A stretch of DNA of 64,000 nucleotides from an uncultured Rhodospirillales bacterium (lineage in GTDB: Bacteria > Pseudomonadota > Alphaproteobacteria > Acetobacterales > Acetobacteraceae). A program made the position numbers and the translations under genes. Positions 20,401 to 27,965 of this stretch are shown here, piece by piece. Numbering within the stretch: position 1 is the stretch's first letter; each line of letters begins with the position of its first letter. The notes under the pieces were generated by a model that saw only the letters and a list, made by a program, of their open reading frames with translations, was not told the DNA's origin and searched no databases. Where the stretch lies: NCBI GenBank assembly GCA_938008885.1, contig CALLIV010000116.1, positions 1,366 to 65,365 on the forward strand, written 5' to 3'.

Positions 20401-20548
20401 ACTCCGCTGGCCGCTGGGTGTCACCATCATTGGCGGGCTGCTGCTGTCGCAACTGCTGACGCTCTACACGACGCCGGCGATCTACCTGGCGTTCGAGCGC
20501 CTCCGCCTCCGCTACGGCGGCACCCCGGCCCCGGTGCCGGCGGAATGA
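17459..20548 (+). CDS. mdtB: RND transporter, MdtB/MuxB family
   Basis: FISRPIAT, GFVVDDAIVMIENV, GIVKKNAIMMVDFA and RFRPIMMTT motifs. Confidence 0.95.
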   Translation: MNISAPFISRPIATWLLAIAILLAGGLGYRALPVSALPEVDFPTIQVVTQLPGASPETVEVLLTASLERQFGQIPGLLNMTSQSSEGTSQITLQFDLNRSMDSAAQDVQAAINAAAGTLPANLPYPPTYSKVNPADAPILTIALTSDSLPIDVVSDAADTLLQPKLAQIDGVGRVTVQGGMRPAVRVRVDPARLAAYGLSMEDVRTAVSQSTVNGAKGGFDGPRLAFALGANDQLVDAAAYRNLVIAWRNGAPVRLSAVGSVISGVENDRVAASWNGTPAVVLDVQRQPGANIVQTVQAVKAQLPVLERAMPSGIRLTIASDRTETIRASVADVQFTLVLAVGLVVLVIFAFLRSWRATFIPAVALPLSLIGTFGVMHLLGYALDNLSLMALTVATGFVVDDAIVMIENVVRFIEEGVSPLQAAYRGAAQIGFTIVSLTVSLIAVFIPLLFMTGVVGRLFQEFAVTLSVAVVVSAVVSLTLTPMMCGRFLRPARETPPGRLSRWSEGAFERLLGAYRRSLDWSFGHQTLVLVVAVLTLVGTVVLYVVVPKGFLPQQDTGVLLAVTEASQSVSIPRLVELQDQVAAKVQADPAVSGVVSFVGAGTINATPNVGRLTISLKPLRERDGAPAVIARLQAAIAGIPGITAFFQPVQDIQIGTRVSRTQYQYTLMDTDPAELATWAPKLRAALAALPELRNVASDQQNEGFRTFVTVDRAAAMRLGVTMQAVQDVLYDAFGQRQIATIFGQANQYRVVLEADPSWQADPTSLRLLRVPGTDGAQVPLTAIATLHQGIAPLVMTHQAQFPAVTLSFDLAPGASLGHAVDAIAAAERQIGMPDTISGTYAGDAAEFQRSLAAEPWLILAAVVVIYIVLGVLYESWIHPITILSTLPSAGIGALLALMLCGADLSLVALVGIVLLMGIVKKNAIMMVDFAIEAEREAGAAPLAAIREACLLRFRPIMMTTMAALLGALPLVLEHGSGSELRWPLGVTIIGGLLLSQLLTLYTTPAIYLAFERLRLRYGGTPAPVPAE

Positions 20549-20841
20549 GCGGCACCGTCGCGTGGACGGCCGTGCGCGCCGTGTGGTGGCCGGCCGTGCG
20601 CCCCCTGTCGTGGGCGGTCGCGCAGGTCCCCGTGTCATGGCCGCGCGCGCCCTTCGTGTCATGGCCGGCCTTGTGCCGGCCATCCACGACTTCGCCACGT
20701 GCGGAAAGGAAAGCCGTGGATGGCCGCGACAAGCGCGGCCATGACACGAGGGCGGTCGACAAGCGCGGCCACGACACGGGGCGCGCAGGCCGCCACGACA
20801 CGGCGCGCGCAGGCCACCATGACACGGGGGGGCACCCCTGA
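20545..20841 (+). CDS. Repeat-derived 98-aa ORF bridging mdtB and mdtC (expression unproven)
   Basis: ATG 20545 overlaps the mdtB stop (ATGA); its TGA 20839-41 overlaps the mdtC ATG (TGATG); the frame is open throughout. Confidence 0.45.
   Translation: MSGTVAWTAVRAVWWPAVRPLSWAVAQVPVSWPRAPFVSWPALCRPSTTSPRAERKAVDGRDKRGHDTRAVDKRGHDTGRAGRHDTARAGHHDTGGHP
20655..20748. repeat. REP-like palindrome (GTCATGGCC...GGCCATGAC), flanked by degenerate arm duplications across 20555-20830
   Basis: cgtgtcatggccggccttgtgccggccatccacg ... cgtggatggccgcgacaagcgcggccatgacacg. Confidence 0.88.
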
Positions 20842-23800
20842 TGCCGCTCCCGAAATTCTCCGGCTTCTCCGGCATCTTCATCGCGCGGCCCGTCGCGACG
20901 ATCCTGCTCTCGATCGGCCTGCTGCTCGCGGGCGCCGTGGCCTACCGGTTCCTGCCGGTCGCGGCGTTGCCCAGCGTCGATATCCCCACCATCGTCGTGA
21001 TGGCATCACGTCCCGGCGCCGACCCCGAGACGATGGCGAACTCCATCGCGGCACCGCTCGAGCGGCGCCTCGGCGAGATCCCCGGCGTGACGGAGATCAC
21101 CTCGACCTCCTCGATCGGCAACACCTCGATTGTCATCCAGTTCGAACTCGACCGCGACATCAACGGCGCGGCGCATGACGTGCAGGCGGCGATCAACGCC
21201 GCGACGACGGACCTGCCTGGCGACCTGCCGACCAGGCCGTACTACCGGAAGTTCAACCCGGCGGACACGCCGATCCTGACGATCGCGCTCTCCTCCGACA
21301 TCCTGTCCACGGCGCAGATCTACGATGCGGCCGACACGATCCTGGCGCAGCGCCTCTCGCAGGCCGAGGGCGTGGCGCAGGTCTCGGTGAACGGCGCGGA
21401 GAAGCCGGCCGTGCGCGTCCGCCTCGATCCGCAGCGGCTCGCCGCCACCGGCCTGTCCAGCCAGGACGTGTACACCGCGCTCCGCAACGCCAACGTGCTG
21501 CAGCCGACCGGCGGGTTCCAGGGACCCGCGCGGGCCGAGACGATCGGCGTGAACGGGCAGATGTCGCAGGCCGACCAGTACGCGGGTCTCGTGCTGAAGG
21601 CGGGACCCGACACCGTGCTGCGGCTGTCGGACGTCGCGACCGTGGTCAACGCGACCTCGAACGCGCGGCTCGCCGCCTGGAACGGCAAGCAGCCGGCGAT
21701 CCTGCTCACCATCACCAAGGCGGCGGGCGCCAACGTCATCGAGACCGCCGACCACGTGCGCGCCCTGCTGCCGCAGCTCATGTCCTGGCTGCCGCCCGAC
21801 ATCAAGGTCACCGTGATCAGCGACCGCACCGCGACGATCCGCGCGAGCGTCGCGGACGTGCAATGGACGCTGCTGCTGACCGTCGTCCTGGTGCTGATGG
21901 TCGTGCTGGTGTTCATGCGCCGGCTGGTGCCGACGGTCGCGGCGGCGGTGACGGTCCCGCTGTCGATCGCCGGCACGCTCGCCGGCATGTGGTTCCTGGA
22001 CTACTCGCTCGACAATTTCTCGCTGATGGCGCTGACGATCTCGGTCGGCTTCGTGGTCGACGACGCGATCGTCATGATCGAGAACATCGTCCGCCACCAG
22101 GAGCAGGGCTACCCACCGCTGGAAGCCGCCGTGCGCGGCGCGAAGCAGATCGGCTTCACCGTGCTGTCGATCAGCATCTCGCTGGTCGCGGTGTTCATTC
22201 CGCTGATCTTCATGGGCGGCGTGATGGGGCGGCTGTTCCACGAATTCGCGATGACGCTGACGCTCGCGATCGTCGTCTCCGCCGCCGTCTCGCTTACGCT
22301 CACCCCGATGATCTGCGGCCGGTGGATGCGGCCCGAAGCGCCGCGGGAGTCGCACGGGCTGGTATGGCGCGGCATCGACCGGGCGATGCGCGGCACGCAG
22401 CGCTTCTACGCCCGCACACTCGACTGGGCCCTCGCGCACCGCGCCTTCATGCTGCTGATCACCCTGCTCACCGTGATCGTCACCGTCCGGCTCTACGGCA
22501 CCGTGCCGAAGGGGTTCCTGCCGCTGCAGGACACCGGCATCGTCATGGGCTCCACGCTCGCCGACCCCAACATCTCCTTCCAGAGCATGGTGCAGCGCCA
22601 GAAGCAGGTCGTCGACGTGCTGCTGAGCGACCCCGCGGTGGTCAGCGTCGGCTCCACCGTGGGCGTGTCCAGTGGCTGGGCGTCGCAGAACCGCGGCCAG
22701 CTCACGCTCGCGCTGAAGCCGGTGTCTGAGCGCGACGCGACGTCCGAGGAGGTGATCGCGCGCCTGCGTCCCAAGCTCGCGCGGGTCGGCGGCGTGCAGA
22801 CCTTCCTGTTCTCGGCCCAGGATCTGCGCGGCGGCGGCCGCTCCGGCGGTGCGCAATACCAGTTCGCGGTGATCGCACCCGACCTCGCGGAGCTGCGGCG
22901 CTGGGCGCTGGCGCTCGAGGAGAAGCTGAAACAGACGCAAGGCATCGTCGACGTGACGTCAGACCAGGACCGCGCCGGTCCGCAGGCGGACGTGGTGATC
23001 GACCGCGACGCGGCCGCGCGGCTGCAGGTGAGCGTCAGTGCGATCGACGCGGCGCTGAACAACGCCTTCTCGCAGCGCCAGGTCTCCACGATCTACGCGC
23101 AGCGCAACCAGTACAAGGTGGTGCTGGAGGTGGATCCGAAGCTGCAGACGGATCCGTCCATGCTCGACCGGATCTATGTCGGCGCGAGCAACGGCACGCA
23201 GGTGCCGCTGTCGGCGGTCGCGCATTTCGAGCGCGGCACGGCCCCGCTCGCGGTGCGCCACCAGGGCCAGTTCCCCGCCGCCACGCTCAGCTTCAATCTC
23301 GCGCCCGGCATGGCGCTGGGCGATGCGGAGGAAGCGGTGCAGCGGGCCGCCCTGGAGCTGCGCATGCCCGAGGACGTCCGCACCGAGTTCGCCGGCAACG
23401 CGCGATGGCTGCAGCAATCGCTGTCCAGCCAGCCCCTGCTGATCGCCGCCGCGCTGATCGCGATCTACATCGTGCTGGGCGTGCTGTACGAGAGCCTGCT
23501 GCACCCGCTGACGATCCTGAGCACCCTTCCATCCGCGGGCTTGGGCGCGCTGCTCGCGACGCTGATCACCGGCGTGGACCTGTCGATCATGAGCATCATC
23601 GGCATCATCCTGCTGATGGGCATCGTGAAGAAGAACGCGATCATGATGGTGGATTTCGCCCTGGAGGCGGAGCGGGAGCGCGGGCTGTCCGCCTTCGAGG
23701 CGATCCACGAGGCGTGTCTGGAGCGGTTCCGTCCGATCATGATGACGACGCTGGCCGCGCTGCTGGGCGCGCTGCCGCTGGCCTGCGCGTTCGGCACGGG

Positions 23801-23954
23801 CGCGGAGCTGCGCCGGCCGCTCGGGATCGCGATCGTGGGCGGCCTGATCGTCTCGCAGATGCTGACGCTCTACACGACGCCGGTGGTCTACCTGGCACTG
23901 GAACGCCTCGCCGGCCGCCGCCGCGCCATCCCGAAGCCGGCCCCGGCGGAATGA
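20841..23954 (+). CDS. mdtC: RND transporter, MdtC/MuxC family
   Basis: FIARPVAT, GFVVDDAIVMIENI, GIVKKNAIMMVDFA and ERFRPIMMTT motifs; second RND paralog of the operon. Confidence 0.95.
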   Translation: MPLPKFSGFSGIFIARPVATILLSIGLLLAGAVAYRFLPVAALPSVDIPTIVVMASRPGADPETMANSIAAPLERRLGEIPGVTEITSTSSIGNTSIVIQFELDRDINGAAHDVQAAINAATTDLPGDLPTRPYYRKFNPADTPILTIALSSDILSTAQIYDAADTILAQRLSQAEGVAQVSVNGAEKPAVRVRLDPQRLAATGLSSQDVYTALRNANVLQPTGGFQGPARAETIGVNGQMSQADQYAGLVLKAGPDTVLRLSDVATVVNATSNARLAAWNGKQPAILLTITKAAGANVIETADHVRALLPQLMSWLPPDIKVTVISDRTATIRASVADVQWTLLLTVVLVLMVVLVFMRRLVPTVAAAVTVPLSIAGTLAGMWFLDYSLDNFSLMALTISVGFVVDDAIVMIENIVRHQEQGYPPLEAAVRGAKQIGFTVLSISISLVAVFIPLIFMGGVMGRLFHEFAMTLTLAIVVSAAVSLTLTPMICGRWMRPEAPRESHGLVWRGIDRAMRGTQRFYARTLDWALAHRAFMLLITLLTVIVTVRLYGTVPKGFLPLQDTGIVMGSTLADPNISFQSMVQRQKQVVDVLLSDPAVVSVGSTVGVSSGWASQNRGQLTLALKPVSERDATSEEVIARLRPKLARVGGVQTFLFSAQDLRGGGRSGGAQYQFAVIAPDLAELRRWALALEEKLKQTQGIVDVTSDQDRAGPQADVVIDRDAAARLQVSVSAIDAALNNAFSQRQVSTIYAQRNQYKVVLEVDPKLQTDPSMLDRIYVGASNGTQVPLSAVAHFERGTAPLAVRHQGQFPAATLSFNLAPGMALGDAEEAVQRAALELRMPEDVRTEFAGNARWLQQSLSSQPLLIAAALIAIYIVLGVLYESLLHPLTILSTLPSAGLGALLATLITGVDLSIMSIIGIILLMGIVKKNAIMMVDFALEAERERGLSAFEAIHEACLERFRPIMMTTLAALLGALPLACAFGTGAELRRPLGIAIVGGLIVSQMLTLYTTPVVYLALERLAGRRRAIPKPAPAE

Positions 23955-24049
23955 GAGGTCGCGGAGGCGCTTCGAGATGGTGGCCGAGCGTTCCTTGCGC
24001 GACGTCTGTGCGTCCCCTGCGCGACGTCTGTGCGCGCCGCTGGAGCTGC

Positions 24050-24343
24050 GATTCAGCACAGAGTTGAGGCGAGGGGAGGCGAGCCACAGAGGGGCCGCAG
24101 CGGCCCGGATCGTCCGGGGGATTTCCGCATCGGAACCGCGCATCCCTCCGCGCGAAGCGCAATGATTTAGGATGAGTTGAGTCTTTGTCGCCATCTCGGT
24201 GAGCCCGGACGCGGGCGGCGGGCGCGACGATGCGGTCTCCTCGTGCCCCTACGTCCAGCCATCGATCGGCCTGTCCCCGGATCTCTCCCGGGTCCGGCGC
24301 CCTCTGTGGCTCGTCTCAACTCGCCTCAACTCTGTGCTGAATC
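24050..24343. repeat. 44-bp inverted repeats (24050-24093 and 24300-24343) enclosing about 205 bp of non-coding DNA
   Basis: gattcagcacagagttgaggcgaggggaggcgagccacagaggg versus the reverse complement of ccctctgtggctcgtctcaactcgcctcaactctgtgctgaatc; 3 mismatches. Confidence 0.85.
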
Positions 24344-24465
24344 AAAGCTCGTGCCGCCAGCACGGACGCAGCCGCCCTGACGCACCGCCACAACCCGCTC
24401 AACCCTCCACCCCAGGACCGCTCGGCCCCCACCCCCGGGACCACCCGGCCCTCCAGCCCGAAGAA

Positions 24466-24516
24466 CCTCCCGTCCTCCCTCCCTCCCGTCCTCCCTCCCT
24501 CCCGCCCTCCCTCCCG
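24466..24516 (-). repeat. 16-bp tandem repeat x3; G-tract array on the minus strand
   Basis: cctcccgtcctccctc twice, then cctcccgccctccctc. Confidence 0.85.
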
Positions 24517-24574
24517 CTGGCCAAGCTCCCGGAATCGCGATAGCCCTGGCGGATTCGCGAGGGGAGACCGCTGC

Positions 24575-26116
24575 ATGAACGGCGCCGAAAGCCTGGTCCA
24601 CACGCTGCTCAAGAGCGGCGTCGACACGTGTTTCTCCAATCCCGGCACGTCCGAAATGCACTTCGTCGCCGCGCTCGACCGGATCCCCGGCATGCGCTGC
24701 GTCCTCGGCCTGTTCGAGGGCGTGGTCACCGGCGCCGCCGACGGCTACGCGCGGATGGCCGGCAAGCCCGCCGCGACGCTGCTGCATTGCGGCCCCGGCC
24801 TCGCCAACGGCCTCGCCAACCTGCACAACGCGCGGCGCGCCCACACGCCGATCGTCAACATCGTCGGCGACCACGCGACCTATCACCGCCCGCTCGACGC
24901 CCCGCTCACCGCCGACACCGAAGGCTGGGCGCGCGGCGTCTCCGGCTGGGTGCGCACCGCGATGGACGTGAAGACGGTCGGCGCCGATGCCGCGGGCGCG
25001 GTGCAGGCTGCCATGACCTCCCCCGGCCAGATCGCGACGCTGATCCTGCCGTCCGACACGTCCTGGAACCCCGGCGGCATCGTCGCCGAGGCGCTGCCGC
25101 GCGTGCCGGCCCCGCTGTCCTCGCCCAACCAGATCGACGAAGCCGCCGCCGTCCTGCGCCGCGGCGGCGACGGCATCCTCCTGCTGCTCGGGGGCAAGGC
25201 GCTGGGCGAGGCAGGCCTTGCGCTCGCGAACCGCATCAGCGCCGCGACCGGCTGCCGCCTGATGGCCGAGGGCTCGAACGCCCGCGTCGCCCGCGGCCGC
25301 GGGCGGGTCGCGGTGGATCGCGTGCCCTACGTGGTCGACGCCGCGGTGAAGGCGCTGTCCGGCACGACGCAGCTCATCCTCGCCGGCGCGCGCAAGCCGG
25401 TCACGTTCTTCGCCTATCCGAACAAGCCGCAGACCTCGGTGCCCGAGGGGGCGGAACTGCATGTGCTCGCCCGGGTCGAGCAGGATCCGGTCGAGGCGCT
25501 CGCCCGTCTCGCCGACGCACTCGGTGTCCCCGACGCCGCCGCGCCGGATTACGGACCGGCGCCGGAGGCGGGGCGCGGCAAGCTGACGCCCGAGAGCGTC
25601 GCCGCGACCGTGGGCGCGCTGATGCCGGAAGGCGCGGTGATCGCCGACGAGTCGGTGACGTACGGCCGCGGCTTCTTCCCGCTCACCCGCAGCGCCGCGC
25701 CGCATGACTGGCTGAACGTGCTGGGCGGCGCCATCGGCGGCGGTCCGCCCATGGCGACCGGCGCGGCGCTGGGTGCGCCCGGCCGGCGCGTGATCAACCT
25801 GCAGGCCGACGGGTCCGCGATGTACACGGTGCAGGCGCTGTGGACCCAGGCGCGCGAGAAGCTCGACGTCACGACCGTCATCTTCTCGAACCGCAAGTAC
25901 CAGATCCTGCTGGGCGAGCTCGCCAACGTGGGCGCCAATCCGGGGCGCACGGCGCTCGACATGATGGACCTGGGCAATCCCGACATCGACTGGCCGAAGC
26001 TGTCCGCGTCGATGGGCGTGGAAGGCGCGACCGCCGATACCGCGGAGGGCTTCGCCGACCTCCTCGCGCATTCGCTGAAGCGGCCCGGCCCGTTCCTGAT
26101 CGAGCTGCTGGTGTAG
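24575..26116 (+). CDS. Thiamine-diphosphate-dependent enzyme (acetolactate synthase large-subunit-like)
   Basis: NPGTSEMHFV, LFEGVVTGAADGY and the ThDP-binding ADGSAMY...N motif. Confidence 0.9.
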   Translation: MNGAESLVHTLLKSGVDTCFSNPGTSEMHFVAALDRIPGMRCVLGLFEGVVTGAADGYARMAGKPAATLLHCGPGLANGLANLHNARRAHTPIVNIVGDHATYHRPLDAPLTADTEGWARGVSGWVRTAMDVKTVGADAAGAVQAAMTSPGQIATLILPSDTSWNPGGIVAEALPRVPAPLSSPNQIDEAAAVLRRGGDGILLLLGGKALGEAGLALANRISAATGCRLMAEGSNARVARGRGRVAVDRVPYVVDAAVKALSGTTQLILAGARKPVTFFAYPNKPQTSVPEGAELHVLARVEQDPVEALARLADALGVPDAAAPDYGPAPEAGRGKLTPESVAATVGALMPEGAVIADESVTYGRGFFPLTRSAAPHDWLNVLGGAIGGGPPMATGAALGAPGRRVINLQADGSAMYTVQALWTQAREKLDVTTVIFSNRKYQILLGELANVGANPGRTALDMMDLGNPDIDWPKLSASMGVEGATADTAEGFADLLAHSLKRPGPFLIELLV

Positions 26117-26138
26117 CGGCGCCCGCCGCGCCACGAGC

Positions 26139-26167
26139 CGGCGCGCCGCTGCATCCGCGGCGCGCCG
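26139..26167. terminator. GC-rich hairpin between convergent genes (possible terminator)
   Basis: CGGCGCGCCGC-tgcatcc-GCGGCGCGCCG, an 11-bp perfect stem; the U-tract is weak. Confidence 0.45.
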
Positions 26168-26233
26168 TTCCCGATTCCCAAGGCCGCCGCGCCAGCCTCC
26201 CCGCGCGGGCGTTCCGGTTTCCCCGCTGCGCCG

Positions 26234-26644
26234 CTACATCTTTCCAGGTGCGAGGAAGCGGTCGATGCGCCGGTGCTGGAACAGCCACCGGCCGCCCTGG
26301 CGCACCACCACGTCGAAATACGCGCCGCCCGATCCGATCGCCGGACCCTCGGGCGTGTTCTGCACCAACGTCCAGTTCGACTGCACCTCGGCGCGATCGC
26401 CCTGAAGGCTGATCACGATGTTCGTGGTCTGGTGCACGCGGCGGGGCCGGGGGCCGGTGCCGGCGATGCTGCGGGCCTGTTCCACGATCCCGGCATGGCC
26501 GTGACCGGAGCCGAACGCGGTCTCCCAGACCCCATCCGCGGTGAAGAGCTGGGCCATCTCCTCGAACCGCCCCGCATCCAGGTGGAAGCAGTAGATTGCG
26601 AGGAGCTCGCGGATCGCCTCCCGGTCGGCCAGTGTGTCGCTCAT
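26234..26644 (-). CDS. SnoaL/NTF2-like family protein
   Basis: Start ATG 26644 overlaps the CoA-transferase stop (ATGA). DREAIRELL..Y...LD and H.TTNIVI motifs. Confidence 0.85.
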   Translation of the reverse strand: MSDTLADREAIRELLAIYCFHLDAGRFEEMAQLFTADGVWETAFGSGHGHAGIVEQARSIAGTGPRPRRVHQTTNIVISLQGDRAEVQSNWTLVQNTPEGPAIGSGGAYFDVVVRQGGRWLFQHRRIDRFLAPGKM

Positions 26645-27831
26645 GTTCGCGCCTCCATGATCCCGTCGATCTCGGCATCGTCGTAGCCCGCCTCGCGCAG
26701 GATCTCGCGCGTGTGCTCGCCCTGCCGCGGCCAGAGCCGGCGCACCGAGGCCGGCGTGCGCGAGAACCAGGCCGGCGCGGCGGGGACCACGACCTTGCCC
26801 TCCACCGGGTGCTCCATCCGCTGGAAGAAGCCGGTCTCGCGCAGGTACGGCTCCTCGAACAGATCCTCCAGCCGGTTCGCCGGACCGCACGGGATGTCGG
26901 CCGGCCGCAGCTCCGCGATCCATTCGGCCGTGGTGCGCTGGCGCATGCCCTCGGTCAGCGTCGCATAGAGCGCGTCCACGTTCTTGGCGCGCGCCGCGAC
27001 GGAGCAGAAGCGCGGATCCTCGATCAGGTGACCGACGCCCATGCTGTCGAACAGCTTGCGCCACTGCGCGTCGCTGACCGCGATCACGCTGATATGGCCG
27101 TCCTTCGTCTCGTAGGGGCGGCGGTGCGGGGTCAGCATCCTGGGATAGCCCATGCCGTTCTCCGGCTCGTCCAGCGTGCCGGCCCAGAGATGCTCGACCA
27201 GCATGAAGGAGAGGATCGTCTCCATCATCGGCACGTTCAGCTCCTGACCCTCGCCGGTGCGCTCCCGATGGAACAGCGCCATGCCGATCATGGACGCCAG
27301 AACGGTGCCGGTCAGCTTGTCCACCACCACGGTCGGGAAGTAGCGCGGCGCGCCGTCCGGTCCGGCGTTCAGCGAGGCGAGCCCCGACACGCCCTGGATC
27401 AGGTCGTCATAGGCCGGGAACTCCTGCAGCGAGCTGCCCTTCCGGAACCCGCTCGCGGACGCGTAGATCAGCCGCGGGTTGCGGGCGGCCAGCGTCGCGT
27501 AGTCGAGCCCGAGTCGCTGCGCCGCGCCGATCCGCATGTTGTGGACGAACACGTCGGCGGTCTCGACCAGCTTCAGCAGCGCCTCCCGCGCGGCGGGCCG
27601 CTTTAGATCCAGCACGAGGCTGCGCTTGTTGCGGTTCAGCGTCGCGAAGTAGCTGCCCATGCCGGGCGTGCGGGACGGCCCGATGTTGCGCGTGGTGTCG
27701 CCGTCCTTCGTCTCCACCTTGATCACGTCGGCGCCCATGTCCCCCAGCACCTGGGAGGCGTAGGGGCCGAGAACGACCGTCGTCACGTCGATCACGCGAA
27801 TGCCGGCCAGCGGGCCGGAGGCCTTCTGCAC
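26641..27831 (-). CDS. CaiB/BaiF family III CoA-transferase
   Basis: GPLAGIRVIDVT, LGDMGADVIKVE, NRNKRSLVLDLK and YDDLIQ motifs; GTG 27831 lies behind GGAGG (ATG 27843 is an alternative). Confidence 0.92.
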   Translation of the reverse strand: MQKASGPLAGIRVIDVTTVVLGPYASQVLGDMGADVIKVETKDGDTTRNIGPSRTPGMGSYFATLNRNKRSLVLDLKRPAAREALLKLVETADVFVHNMRIGAAQRLGLDYATLAARNPRLIYASASGFRKGSSLQEFPAYDDLIQGVSGLASLNAGPDGAPRYFPTVVVDKLTGTVLASMIGMALFHRERTGEGQELNVPMMETILSFMLVEHLWAGTLDEPENGMGYPRMLTPHRRPYETKDGHISVIAVSDAQWRKLFDSMGVGHLIEDPRFCSVAARAKNVDALYATLTEGMRQRTTAEWIAELRPADIPCGPANRLEDLFEEPYLRETGFFQRMEHPVEGKVVVPAAPAWFSRTPASVRRLWPRQGEHTREILREAGYDDAEIDGIMEART

Positions 27832-27965
27832 GTCGTCCTCCATCTCGATTGCGTGCAGCGTCGCCGACGCTCGTCGGGTTGGCAATGTCGGTTGCCGTCT
27901 CTAGGATTCTTCGCATCGGCGATCGCGGGATGGGACCATGGATCTGGCAGGCGCACACATGACCC

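Noticed and set aside
14422-20881. Very long antisense ORFs (1019 aa and 1151 aa) opposite the RND operon
   Set aside because: Shadow frames typical of high-GC DNA; Arg/Gly/His-rich with no motifs, while the plus strand encodes clear RND proteins.
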